NCBI GenBank assembly: GCA_965238275.1
Contig: OZ250186.1
Location: 864,001 to 928,000 of the forward strand
Origin: Nitrosopumilus sp.
GTDB lineage: Archaea; Thermoproteota; Nitrososphaeria; Nitrososphaerales; Nitrosopumilaceae
Direction: 5' to 3'
DNA: 64,000 nt
The position numbers and the translations under genes are program-made. The notes beneath the pieces were generated by a model that saw nothing but the letters and a program-made list of their open reading frames with translations, made no database searches and had not been told where the DNA came from. Shown here piece by piece: positions 50,833 through 60,714 of this stretch; position 1 is the first letter of the stretch, and the number at the start of each line of letters is the position of its first letter.

Positions 50833-52290
50833 CTAGTTGCCAAACGCTGCGACCCTTTCAAAGGCCGCATCCATCCTCTTGTGGAGTGCCTTGTTCCACT
50901 CCTCAAAGCCTTCGGGCCTTGTAGGATAGTTGTTGTAGTGTTCGACCAACCACTGGTTCTCCTTTGATGTGAACCTGAGGCCGTCTGCAACCGTCTTGTT
51001 CATTACACCCCTGATGATCATCCCGATCTTTCCCAGTCCGGAAAAGTCAGGATGCTCGCCCTTGCTTATAGACTCCACGTCAAGGTTTCCAAGAAAGTGC
51101 TTCATGCCGTAGCTTATCTGCTCGTTGGTCATCTGCTGGACAAGCCTTCTGAACAGTTCAAGGCCTGCCGTCTTGTATCCGTACTCCTCTATGAAGTCCA
51201 GATTGTACTTCCAGAGGCCGGCCTCCGAGACATCGCCTGCCTCGATGGCCTGTGTGATGCTGCTTCCGAGTATTGTTCCTGCAATCAGTGCAGGGCCTAT
51301 CCCGCCTGCGTCAATCGGTTTTGGCATCCACGCAGAATCCCCCACCATGACATACCCGCCTGACACCATGCAGTCGTTCTGCCTTCTGACTGACACCTGG
51401 AAGATTCCGGTGTTGTTGTTGATGTCAGCTTCATCCTCTGACAGCCTTGGGCTTGTAATTGCAGTATTCCTTACAAGGTACTCCTTCATGAGGGACTCGA
51501 CGTTGTCTCTTTTTCCAAGTCTCTTGTTCCGCCTTTCCAGTAATGACTTTTCCACGCCCAGCCCTATGTTGACCTTGTCGTCTCCCTTTGGAAACACCCA
51601 CCCGTAGCCGCCGGGTGCAATGTCCTGGTCAAGATGAATTATGCAGTAATCCGAATCAAACTCTGCCAGATTCTTCTGGCCGGGTTCAAAGTACATTATA
51701 TATCTGCCAGTCGACTCCAAATCCCTCCTGTCGATGCGCCTTTCAATCCGGGTGGTGTTTTTGATGCCGTTTCTGAGCATCGATGTGACTCCTGTCGCAT
51801 CCACCACGACTTTTGCAGTCTTGACAAAGGGCTGCTTGGTCTTGTTGTCGATCCCGCGCACTCCGGTCACCTGCCCGTCATCATATGTCATTCCCATGAG
51901 GTTGATCTCGTATTCAAACTCGATTCCGGCGCTTATGCACCTTGCATTCTGAATCTCAGGCAGCCTCTGGCGGTTCAGCATGAATCCGTCCCCGTCAAAG
52001 GGTATTGCAGTCTCCATGTCCGGCGAGTATGCCATGACCCCCTTGACGTCATGCTCGATCTCCGGCTTGGTCCATCTCACCCCGATCCTCTCTGACATAA
52101 AGTCCACTGCCTCCTTTGAGCACGCGTCACCGCACACCCATCCTGCAAGCGACTTTCTTCCCGGCATGAACTCCGGGTTCCTGTCCACCACCAGTATCCT
52201 GGCGTTCTGTTTGGAGTAGTGTGATACTGCCTGTGCCGTAACCGTTCCGGCAAGGCCGCCCCCTGCAATTATGACATCATAGTCTGTCAT
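50833..52290 (-). CDS. Geranylgeranyl reductase family flavoprotein
   Basis: DVIIAGGGLAG, CGDA, DATG, PGGYGWVFP, VGDSA..PIDAGGI. Confidence 0.85.
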   Translation of the reverse strand: MTDYDVIIAGGGLAGTVTAQAVSHYSKQNARILVVDRNPEFMPGRKSLAGWVCGDACSKEAVDFMSERIGVRWTKPEIEHDVKGVMAYSPDMETAIPFDGDGFMLNRQRLPEIQNARCISAGIEFEYEINLMGMTYDDGQVTGVRGIDNKTKQPFVKTAKVVVDATGVTSMLRNGIKNTTRIERRIDRRDLESTGRYIMYFEPGQKNLAEFDSDYCIIHLDQDIAPGGYGWVFPKGDDKVNIGLGVEKSLLERRNKRLGKRDNVESLMKEYLVRNTAITSPRLSEDEADINNNTGIFQVSVRRQNDCMVSGGYVMVGDSAWMPKPIDAGGIGPALIAGTILGSSITQAIEAGDVSEAGLWKYNLDFIEEYGYKTAGLELFRRLVQQMTNEQISYGMKHFLGNLDVESISKGEHPDFSGLGKIGMIIRGVMNKTVADGLRFTSKENQWLVEHYNNYPTRPEGFEEWNKALHKRMDAAFERVAAFGN

Positions 52291-52428
52291 GATGATCAAG
52301 TCTTGTTCATCTGTATTTAAAACAATACCATCAGCAGTACGGGTCGGTTCGTCGCGGGGTCATCATGGCTGCGGCTCAGACTGGAGCGGCTGTTATCTCC
52401 TCATTCCCAAGGAATGCTGTGCGGATTC

Positions 52429-52884
52429 CTATTTAACCTGCTTGGATGCCTCCGGCGCATGTCCCACCCTTAGGATCTCCAAAAACGCCCCTACCGTGTC
52501 ATCCTTGCAGTAGATGGGAGTCTGGATTCCTATCTTTATGGAGCCGTCGTCTGTTGCCGATGCGGTACCCCTGACCAGATCCTGCTTGTCCAGCCTCATG
52601 TGGAATCGGGAGTTTGCCGTCCTCTCCGGTATCTGATTAATCAGGGAGTCTACCTGCCCGTCAGGCAGCAGCCCTGTCATTCTTCTGACGAATTCTGTTG
52701 CCTGTCCCCTTGCAAGCCTGCAGCCCAGCATGGTTATTGGGTTGCCAAAATATCCTGTGGTGCGGCTCACTGCAAAGTCGTCTGCCTCCAGTCCCAGGAC
52801 GTCTTCAAATGCCTGCAGGATCTTTGAGACGTCCTCAGTAGAGTGCACTATTACGTCGACTGTAACCTCGATCTTCCGGCTCAA
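52429..52884 (-). CDS. DUF54 archaeal RNA-binding protein
   Basis: VHSTED..KI, GYFGNPI, HMRLDKQ. Confidence 0.8.
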   Translation of the reverse strand: MSRKIEVTVDVIVHSTEDVSKILQAFEDVLGLEADDFAVSRTTGYFGNPITMLGCRLARGQATEFVRRMTGLLPDGQVDSLINQIPERTANSRFHMRLDKQDLVRGTASATDDGSIKIGIQTPIYCKDDTVGAFLEILRVGHAPEASKQVK

Positions 52885-52888
52885 GCGG

Positions 52889-53500
52889 CTATGCCTTGAG
52901 CAGTATGGTCTCTTTTGCCGCGGTTCGGACAAGCTTTACCTTTTCAAGGCCCACGTGTCTTATCCTTATTACCTTCTTGAATGCGGCCATAATGTCCGAG
53001 TTGATCTTGCTGTAGCACGTGGCCTGGACAAACTGCGCAATCGTCATGTCCGGAATCGTGTTGTTAATGACGTCCTTTGCGATGAGCCTGAGGGCATGCT
53101 TTCTGGACGTGTTGAGCTGCCTGTGGGTGAGTGCGATTATCTTGATTCGAAATATGTAACCGTCCTTGGTCTTGATGTCGATTATAAAGTTGATCTTCGA
53201 CGATCCGCGCCTGACCAGGCTTCGCAGAAACTCCTTGGAATACTCGAACCTCTTGAAGATCGTCGTGGCACTGTCGCCGTCAACCTTGTCAATCTGGAAG
53301 TATATCTTGTACTGGTGCTGTGAGGAGTCCCCCTTGACGATGTCATAGAGGGTAACCTCGATGACCCGGCCCTCTGCATTCTTGTCGTCTGTAATTGGAA
53401 TGTACGCTATTGGCACGTTGTTAAACGAGTCAGGAGCATATGCTGTGATCCAACGCTTCTCTCTCCACTTGTCTTTTACCCTGCCCTTTCTGCGTGCCAA
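52889..53500 (-). CDS. rps3ae: 30S ribosomal protein S3Ae (eS1)
   Basis: KDKWREKRW, GRVIEVTL, LRSLVRRGSSK, TKDGY. Confidence 0.95.
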   Translation of the reverse strand: MARRKGRVKDKWREKRWITAYAPDSFNNVPIAYIPITDDKNAEGRVIEVTLYDIVKGDSSQHQYKIYFQIDKVDGDSATTIFKRFEYSKEFLRSLVRRGSSKINFIIDIKTKDGYIFRIKIIALTHRQLNTSRKHALRLIAKDVINNTIPDMTIAQFVQATCYSKINSDIMAAFKKVIRIRHVGLEKVKLVRTAAKETILLKA

Positions 53501-53549
53501 TTAGTATTGACCTTCCAGCCCAAAATATAAGGGTATGTTGGATTGTCGG

Positions 53550-55198
53550 GTATGGACTCAGGTCCGTGCCTAGATTTTAATCGCTTGTGCATCAAATTAG
53601 ACCATGCCGATTTATTGATCTCGGAATCCGCGAACCCACGTGAGCAAATCAGAGATATCGCTCCTACGCAGGGAGCTGGCAAGGGTAGTGACGGAGTTCG
53701 AGAAGTTTAAGAAAACGATGTACAAGACAAATGCCGAACTCACCAAGAAGGTGACGCTGCTCGAGATTGAAAACGACCGCCTGACCCTGGAAAACGCGGG
53801 GTACCGCAGGAGGCTCCGCAAATACGAGAACCCCAACATGTCCTCGTCCACATATTCGTTGTACAACTCGGACCGCACGGCATTCAGGAAGCGGATGGAC
53901 ATGGAGGCCAAGATGGAGTCCGATGGCAGCGGGCCCAAGGAAGGAGAAAAGTCCGAATCGGAAGGCGGACCTGAATCAGAAGGCGAAGGCGCCGGAGACA
54001 AGACCCGCAAGGGACCGCCGGCAGGACACGCCGGCGCCTCGCACAAGAACAAGGCCGAGAGGACCGAGAGTCTGCCAGTGTGCAGGTGCGAAAAGTGCGG
54101 ACGCGGACACCTGGTCCGGATGCCGTCCATTGTCAAGATGGTGTATGATTTTCCCGACTACGGCGCCATGAGGATCGAGCGCGTCGCGTACCTGGTGGGA
54201 CAGGGGTTGTGCAAGAGGTGCAATCACGTCAGCTCTGCCGTGCCTCCCACGATCCCCGGCACGTCGCTTGGCCCCAAGGCCCTGGGGTTTGTGGAGGAGT
54301 ACTACGACAAGAGGAGCACGGACTACACCGTATCATACTATTTCAAGGCGCTGTACGGGTTTGGCATATCGCCAAACGCCATATGGAACGCGCGCAAGGC
54401 CCTCAAAAAGATCCTCAAGGGCGCGTACGAGGGCATACTGGCCCACATCGCCGAGGCCGCGTTCGTGCAGTTTGACGAGTCCCACATGAAGATGAACGGG
54501 AAGAAGGGGTACGTGTGGCTGGTCACCGCCGGGGACGCCACGTATCTGGTGGCCGCCCCGAGCAGGGCGGCCCTCGTGATAAACGCGCATTTTGCCCGGC
54601 TGCTTGGCAAGCCGGTGGTGGTGGATGGGTACACCGTCTACAACATGTTCCCAGTCAAGCAGAGGTGCTGGGTGCACCTGCTGCGCGCCGCAGAAGAGTA
54701 CGCCATCAAGAACGGCGGCAACGATCTTGCCTGCTACCGCAGGCTGCTTGCCCTGTACCGGTCAGTCAAGGACAGGGAGTCTGCCGGATCCGGCGAGTGC
54801 CTGGACCTGGAAAGGACGGTGCTCCAAATCGCCTCGGACTACGGGGAGTCCCACGACTTCCGCACGACGCTTGAGAACGCGGCCCCGTGCATGTTCACGT
54901 TCCTCAGGCATCCGGGCATGCCGCCGCATAACAACGCAGCAGAGCTTGAGATACGCGACACTGCGGTGCTGCACGGGAACGTGCGGCACCAGCTGTCCGA
55001 ACCCGAGGGGCGGGAGGTCTTCTCGGTGCTGATATCAGTGGCGCGCACCTGCCACAGGCAGGGCATCTTCCCGCGCCAAGCAGTCGAGAACATCATCATG
55101 GATCCTGGCTGGAGCATATTCAAGCCACCCGAACAATATCAGACGGTTTCTGTACCCGCAGTGGCAGCGTAGCGCAGTTTGGCGACCTGAGTCCATAC
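53550..55198 (+). mobile_element. IS66-family element with intact transposase (53640-55172)
   Basis: 15-bp TIR GTATGGACTCAGGTC, 8-bp TSD ATTGTCGG; FDES, VDGY, QRCWVHLLR, NNAAELEIR. Confidence 0.92.
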
Positions 55199-55254
55199 AT
55201 TGTCGGTCCCGGTACAAATAATGCATTTGTGCAAACCGCGAAACTGCACCATCA

Positions 55255-56529
55255 TCAGATCCGCACCATCTCCTTCTGGCCTCCCATGTATCCCTGCAGG
55301 GCATCTGGAATCCTGACATGCCCGTCCTTTGTCTGAAAGTCCTCGATGATGGCGACCATCACCCTGGTAGTTGCCACAAGGGTGCTGTTGAGCGTGTGCA
55401 GGTACTGCGTCTCTTCGTTTGTCTTGTCCCGGAACCTTATCTTCAGCCTCCTTGCCTGGTAGTCAAGGCAGTTGGAGCACGAGACTACCTCCCTGTAGGC
55501 GTTCTGCCCTGCCATCCACGCCTCTATGTCGTACGTCTTTGCCGAGACCTTTCCCAGATCCCCTGCGCAGAGCAGCATCACCCTGTACGGGATGCCCAGC
55601 ATCCGGTAGAACTCTTCTGCAGCCTCCAGCATCTGCTCGTGCTCCCTGCGCGAGTTCTCCGGCCTTGCAAACACAAACTGCTCGATCTTCTCAAACTGGT
55701 GTACCCTGAATATCCCCTTCTGATCCCTGCCGTGGGCCCCTGCCTCCTTCCTGAAGCACGGGCTGACGCCGGCATACCTGATGGGAAGGTCTGCCCCGTC
55801 AACAATCTCGCCTGAGTGCATTGCGGCCATGGCGTGCTCGGAGGTGCCTATCATGTAGAGGTCCTCGCCTTCTATCTTGTATATGACATCCTCAAAGTCT
55901 TCTGCAATCACTGCGCCCTCCATGGACTCCCGATTTATCATGTACGGCGGCTGTACCAGAGAGTACTGCCTCTTTGCAAGAAAGTCAAGTGCAAAGTGGA
56001 TTAGGGACTGGTTGAGCCTCACCAGATCATTTCTCAGGTAGTAGAATCTGGCGCCTGCCACCTTTGCCGCCCTCTTGAGATCCACCAGGTCCAAGGCCTC
56101 GGAGATGTCGATGTGGTCGCGCACCTCAAAGCCAAACGTCGGAATGCTGCCCCATTCCCTCACCTTCCTGTTGAAGCTCTCGTCGGTGCCCGGGGGGACA
56201 GTCTTGTCCACCAGGTTGGGAACTGTAAATGCAAGTCTGGCATACGTCTCCTCTGCCCTTTGCTGTTCTGACTCCAGTGCCGCAATCTCTGCTGAGACGC
56301 CCTTCATCTCTGCCAAGGCGGCTGCTGCATCCTCCCCTGCCTTCTTCTGTCTTGCAATGGCCTGTCCCGCCTCGTTTCTCTTCTGGCGCAGCTGGTCTGT
56401 ACCGATGATCAGCCTGCGCCTCTCCGTGTCTGATCTTACCAGGGCATCCAGATCAAAGTCCACTGATCTTGCCCTGAGCATCTCCTGTATCGCCTGCGGG
56501 CTCTCCCTGATCAGTCTGGGGTCAAGCAC
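55255..56529 (-). CDS. serS: Seryl-tRNA synthetase
   Basis: GTSEH, CFRKEAGAHG, FRVHQFEK, EVVSCSNC, HTLNST. Confidence 0.97.
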   Translation of the reverse strand: MLDPRLIRESPQAIQEMLRARSVDFDLDALVRSDTERRRLIIGTDQLRQKRNEAGQAIARQKKAGEDAAAALAEMKGVSAEIAALESEQQRAEETYARLAFTVPNLVDKTVPPGTDESFNRKVREWGSIPTFGFEVRDHIDISEALDLVDLKRAAKVAGARFYYLRNDLVRLNQSLIHFALDFLAKRQYSLVQPPYMINRESMEGAVIAEDFEDVIYKIEGEDLYMIGTSEHAMAAMHSGEIVDGADLPIRYAGVSPCFRKEAGAHGRDQKGIFRVHQFEKIEQFVFARPENSRREHEQMLEAAEEFYRMLGIPYRVMLLCAGDLGKVSAKTYDIEAWMAGQNAYREVVSCSNCLDYQARRLKIRFRDKTNEETQYLHTLNSTLVATTRVMVAIIEDFQTKDGHVRIPDALQGYMGGQKEMVRI

Positions 56530-56765
56530 TACTGGATCACCTTCAGCGCGACCCCGACGTGTCCAAGCATCTCGTCTACCGTACCTATCAGGTGTCCCAT
56601 GTCTCCTGCACTCTCAAAGTTGAATATCAGCTTGTCGCCGGCATCCTCCATTTTGATGCTCAGCCCCTCTGGAATATTCACATTGTCCGGTTCCAGGGCG
56701 CTTCTTACTGCCCTGGCCCTCTCTGCGGAGATCTCATTTATGACTATCTGCACCTGACACAGCAA
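56529..56765 (-). CDS. pcc1: KEOPS subunit Pcc1-like
   Basis: ALEPDN, L...VDEML; usual position between DHH gene and serS. Confidence 0.75.
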   Translation of the reverse strand: MLCQVQIVINEISAERARAVRSALEPDNVNIPEGLSIKMEDAGDKLIFNFESAGDMGHLIGTVDEMLGHVGVALKVIQ

Positions 56766-58152
56766 TGTTTTCCTCCAAGTAGTTTAGAAACTCGTCCAGC
56801 TTGTCCTTGGTTATCTTGGCCCCTGCTGCCATGCTGTGGCCTCCGCCGACGCCGCCAACACTCCGCGCCCCTGCGCCCATCAGGTGGCTCAGGTTTATCT
56901 CCGATCTGCATCCGATGGCCTTTCTTGAGGAGAACTTTACCGTGTTGCCGTCTCCGTCTGCCCTCAGAATGACCACCCTTCCCGTGTTTCTTGGGGATCC
57001 TGCAATCAGCGATGAGATGGTACCTGTCATCATCTCCGGCACCACTCCCTGGCCGTTGACCATGATGTAGTCGTCCTTCTCCAGAATCCTCCACCTCTCG
57101 TTTGATATTATGTTCATGTAATCCTTGATCCTGCTCCTGTATTCCTTGAGGATGGTCTCTGCCTCCCTCAGGGCCATGTTCCTGTCCCCCATGCACACTG
57201 AGATTCCGATGCTGGAGCGGCCTATCCTCCCGCATGAGTTGAGCATGGTAGAAAACTCCCTGCACTCCCTCAGAAAGCTCCTCCTGTCCTCCAATGGAAA
57301 CGTGTAGGTGTATCCTATCATCTCGGAGGCTATCTCGGTGGCGTTGCCTCCTGAGGCAAACCTGCAGATTGACTCTATTACCTGTTTCTTCTCCTCCTCT
57401 TCAAGTTCTGCCGGAACCCTCCACCTGCCGCCGTCCTTGAGCCGGATCCCTGAGGAGTTGAGAATGGAGAGGCATGCGGCCCTGTTCCATGTCAGCCCGT
57501 CGATGAATGGCTGCGAGGTAAATGCCAATGCGTCTGACAGCGGCCTGGTCTCCCTGCCGACCAGCAGAAGATCCAGATCCACCTCAAGCATGCCCAGACG
57601 CTTTGCAGTCTCTGCAATCTCAAAGTTTTTGCCAACAAGCGACTTTCTCTCCCCCTGGTCCTGCCTGTCTCCCAGCGCCGAGACTACTGCAGTTGCGGCA
57701 AGATCCTCGTTTCTCCGATCCAGGGAGACTGCTGCAAGATATGCCATTCCGCCTGCACAGATGTCCACCCCTCCGTCGATCCCGTATCTCCAGGCATTGA
57801 TGACATTGGGATTGTCCATCTCCGCGTCGGGAATCTGGTGGTGATCCAGAATGAACCAGTCCTCGCCCAGAACGCGGCCCAAATCATCTGCAAAACCGCC
57901 CCCAAGATCCGTTATGATGTGAAAATCCCTGGAGTCGTTTCCGAACGACTCTGCAGTGTCCTTGCTGAACTCCTTGGCGGTTCTGACTGTGCACTTGGCA
58001 CCGGCCCTGATAAGGGCCTTTGTGATGATTCCCCCCGATGTCAGCCCGTCGCAGTCAATGTGGGTTGTGACAAGGATCGGCCTTCCGGACTTTATGCATT
58101 CTGATATTCTGTCTTCAAAGAGTGAAAGTGATTCTTCAAGCGATCCTGCCAT
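56734..58152 (-). CDS. DHH/DHHA1 RecJ-like nuclease
   Basis: HIDCDG, TDLG, LDHH, GDRQD, GGGHSMAAGA. Confidence 0.9.
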   Translation of the reverse strand: MAGSLEESLSLFEDRISECIKSGRPILVTTHIDCDGLTSGGIITKALIRAGAKCTVRTAKEFSKDTAESFGNDSRDFHIITDLGGGFADDLGRVLGEDWFILDHHQIPDAEMDNPNVINAWRYGIDGGVDICAGGMAYLAAVSLDRRNEDLAATAVVSALGDRQDQGERKSLVGKNFEIAETAKRLGMLEVDLDLLLVGRETRPLSDALAFTSQPFIDGLTWNRAACLSILNSSGIRLKDGGRWRVPAELEEEEKKQVIESICRFASGGNATEIASEMIGYTYTFPLEDRRSFLRECREFSTMLNSCGRIGRSSIGISVCMGDRNMALREAETILKEYRSRIKDYMNIISNERWRILEKDDYIMVNGQGVVPEMMTGTISSLIAGSPRNTGRVVILRADGDGNTVKFSSRKAIGCRSEINLSHLMGAGARSVGGVGGGHSMAAGAKITKDKLDEFLNYLEENIAVSGADSHK

Positions 58153-58601
58153 TATTCCAATTGGGCTACCACAGATTTATATTTCCAGGTCTTGGGAATT
58201 CGCCCGATTCTTTTGTAGTATACTGAGAGCCTGTGTACCTTGGCCTCGATGAGTTCCAGGGATCTGACGTTTCTCCTGTCTCCCTTGTTTGCCTTGAGGT
58301 GCTTTTGAAGGCCTACTGCCTTCTTGACGATGTTCTCAAGATCCTCAGGCATGTCCGGTCTTAGATCCTTCTCCTCCAGAATCTGACCCATGCTCTTTTT
58401 GGTGACTGCCTTGATTAGGGGTATGGAGTGCTGATCCCTGAGCTTTATTCCAATCTGGCTTGGCGTCATGCCGTCCTTGGAGTATTTGACTACCAGTGAC
58501 TCGATATCTGACGCACTCTGCGTGACCCATGACGGGGTGCTCAGCACGGTCGGCCTGATCGAGTGTGACTTTCCATGCCTGCGTGTATGCATTCTACCCA
58601 T
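58152..58601 (-). CDS. rps15: 30S ribosomal protein S15 (uS15)
   Basis: MGRMH..GKSHS.RP, SQIGIKLRDQH, PEDL, RLSVYYK. Confidence 0.96.
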   Translation of the reverse strand: MGRMHTRRHGKSHSIRPTVLSTPSWVTQSASDIESLVVKYSKDGMTPSQIGIKLRDQHSIPLIKAVTKKSMGQILEEKDLRPDMPEDLENIVKKAVGLQKHLKANKGDRRNVRSLELIEAKVHRLSVYYKRIGRIPKTWKYKSVVAQLE

Positions 58602-58798
58602 GAACTGGTTGGCTTGCGTAGTGGAATTAAACGTTACTTGTCGGTATGGATTCAGTTGCCCTGTGTGCCTGACTCGGATGCCAGGACGTCAGTCCATGCC
58701 AGGCTGCATCCACACGGCACGTGCAGAACCGGACTGCATCATGCGGCCCCTGCCGCATTTCAAAAAATTCTATATTGGTACGACTGGTATCATCCGGT

Positions 58799-60469
58799 AT
58801 GGCAGTACAGGAGGACTGGATCGCGCGTCTCACCAGATCGATGATACAGGACTTGTGCCCTGCCCACGTGTACAAGAAGGGGCAGTCCTATTATACATCC
58901 GGAAGAGTGCGTTATGTGCGCCTCGTGGAAGATACGCTGCATGCAGTTGTGACCGGACGGAGTGATTACACCGTGGCAGTCCGCGGCGACCGGACCCTGG
59001 GAGTCAATGCAGGATGCACCTGCCCGTACAGCGAGTACTATTACGGCGCGTGCAAGCACATAGTCGCTGCCATGATACACCTGATTGAAAATCTTGAGGA
59101 GATTTTAAGCGATAATGAGACCCGGGTGTCCACCGTTAAGCACATGGTTACCCTTGTGCCGCCAGAGAAGGCGGTGGAGTTTCTGACCGATGTGATGATC
59201 ATGGATGAATCCGTACGGCAGAGATTTGTCGACACGTTCGGACTGGGACACGTGCGCCCGGTAACCAACTACAAATCCAGCATGGACCGGCTCTATTCCG
59301 GCGCGAAAGGATCCGATGGCAAGATCAGTCATCCCCTGAACTTTGATCGCTATTTTGACAATGCCCGGGCAAGCCAGTCCGGCGGCGAGTTTGCAGATGC
59401 AGCAAAGATATACCAGACGATCTCAGAGAAGATATCCGAAAATATGGGTGCCGTGGACGACTCGGGCAGATACTACACTGACTGCTTTATGGAGGCCTTG
59501 GACGGCATGGCCGAATCCATAATCCGGAATGAGATGCCGGCTGGCAAAAAACACGAACACGTCTCGTACCTGTTTGAAAAACTTATGGAAGGCAGGCCTG
59601 TCCGGTTCGTCCCGTACTACCGCAGCGCCCTTGAGACTGTCTGCACCACAGACGAGGACACTGTATTCCTGCACGACACAATCGATTCGCACCTGCATGC
59701 AGACGGTCCCGTGCCGGATGGCACGATGGCAGAGATGGTACACATGCAGGCAGATGCACTCGAGAGGCTGACCAGGACGGCTGAACTTGTCTCGCTTTTA
59801 GAGGAATTCTATTATCTGGACAGCAGACTGTGCGTCAGGTATCTTGGCATGCTACACAACGACGACGACGACGACGACGCCGCCGCAGCCGCAGCCGATC
59901 CGGACCAAGTCCTGCAGGCAATCCATGATGCCACGGATGCGTTTCCCGACAATCTGGGGGTGATGGAGGCAGTCCTTGAGCTCTATCCTGAAACCGCCCC
60001 GGGATATGTCTCCACACTCAGGGAGATGTTTGTGGCTACAGGGGACTGGAAGTACTTTTTCAGGATCAGGGATGCATCATGTGACTGGCATGCCGATGTG
60101 GAGGCCGTTGTCATGAGGTTTAGGGAAAAGCCAGATCCGGGCATGGCCGTCAATGCCTATCTGAAGGGGAGCATGACAGATGAGGCCATGAACCTGCTAG
60201 AGTCCATTGATGACGCGGATCTGTTTGCAGCATACCGCACAAAACTGGCACCGGCGTACCCTGGCAGGTATTTTGCCGCGTATGGCACGCTGATCAGACG
60301 GTTTGCCAAGAGTACGACCGGCAGGGATCACTACGCGCGTGTCTGCAGGCACCTTGCCAGCATAAAGGCGATTCCCGGCGGGGATCGCTCGTATGGGGAA
60401 CTGATACTGAATATCAGGCGTGAGAACTCTGGCAGGCGCGTCCTGCTGGAACTCATTAGAGGCATGTAA
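58799..60469 (+). CDS. SWIM zinc-finger protein with helical C-terminus
   Basis: KGQSYY..GRV, V.G...Y.V, CTCP....CKHIVA; C-terminal R.HY...L..I...RR. Confidence 0.82.
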   Translation: MAVQEDWIARLTRSMIQDLCPAHVYKKGQSYYTSGRVRYVRLVEDTLHAVVTGRSDYTVAVRGDRTLGVNAGCTCPYSEYYYGACKHIVAAMIHLIENLEEILSDNETRVSTVKHMVTLVPPEKAVEFLTDVMIMDESVRQRFVDTFGLGHVRPVTNYKSSMDRLYSGAKGSDGKISHPLNFDRYFDNARASQSGGEFADAAKIYQTISEKISENMGAVDDSGRYYTDCFMEALDGMAESIIRNEMPAGKKHEHVSYLFEKLMEGRPVRFVPYYRSALETVCTTDEDTVFLHDTIDSHLHADGPVPDGTMAEMVHMQADALERLTRTAELVSLLEEFYYLDSRLCVRYLGMLHNDDDDDDAAAAAADPDQVLQAIHDATDAFPDNLGVMEAVLELYPETAPGYVSTLREMFVATGDWKYFFRIRDASCDWHADVEAVVMRFREKPDPGMAVNAYLKGSMTDEAMNLLESIDDADLFAAYRTKLAPAYPGRYFAAYGTLIRRFAKSTTGRDHYARVCRHLASIKAIPGGDRSYGELILNIRRENSGRRVLLELIRGM

Positions 60470-60714
60470 CATCTGTCCGTAACAACTCCTGTAAAGACTG
60501 ACGGTTTTGCATCCGTGGTTGCACTGCATGATTCCGGGCGCGGTTCCGTACCAAACCATGCAGGATGCAACACGGGAAGACACCGGCAGGAATGCAGCCT
60601 GCTCCTCCTTGCCTGGTGGGGGAAGGCTGCCAGTGGTTGGCAGACATCCTGCAGATTCAGTGCAGTCCGGGGAATGCATCAAAAGGCTATGTGGCGCATC
60701 TGTGCTTGGACACC

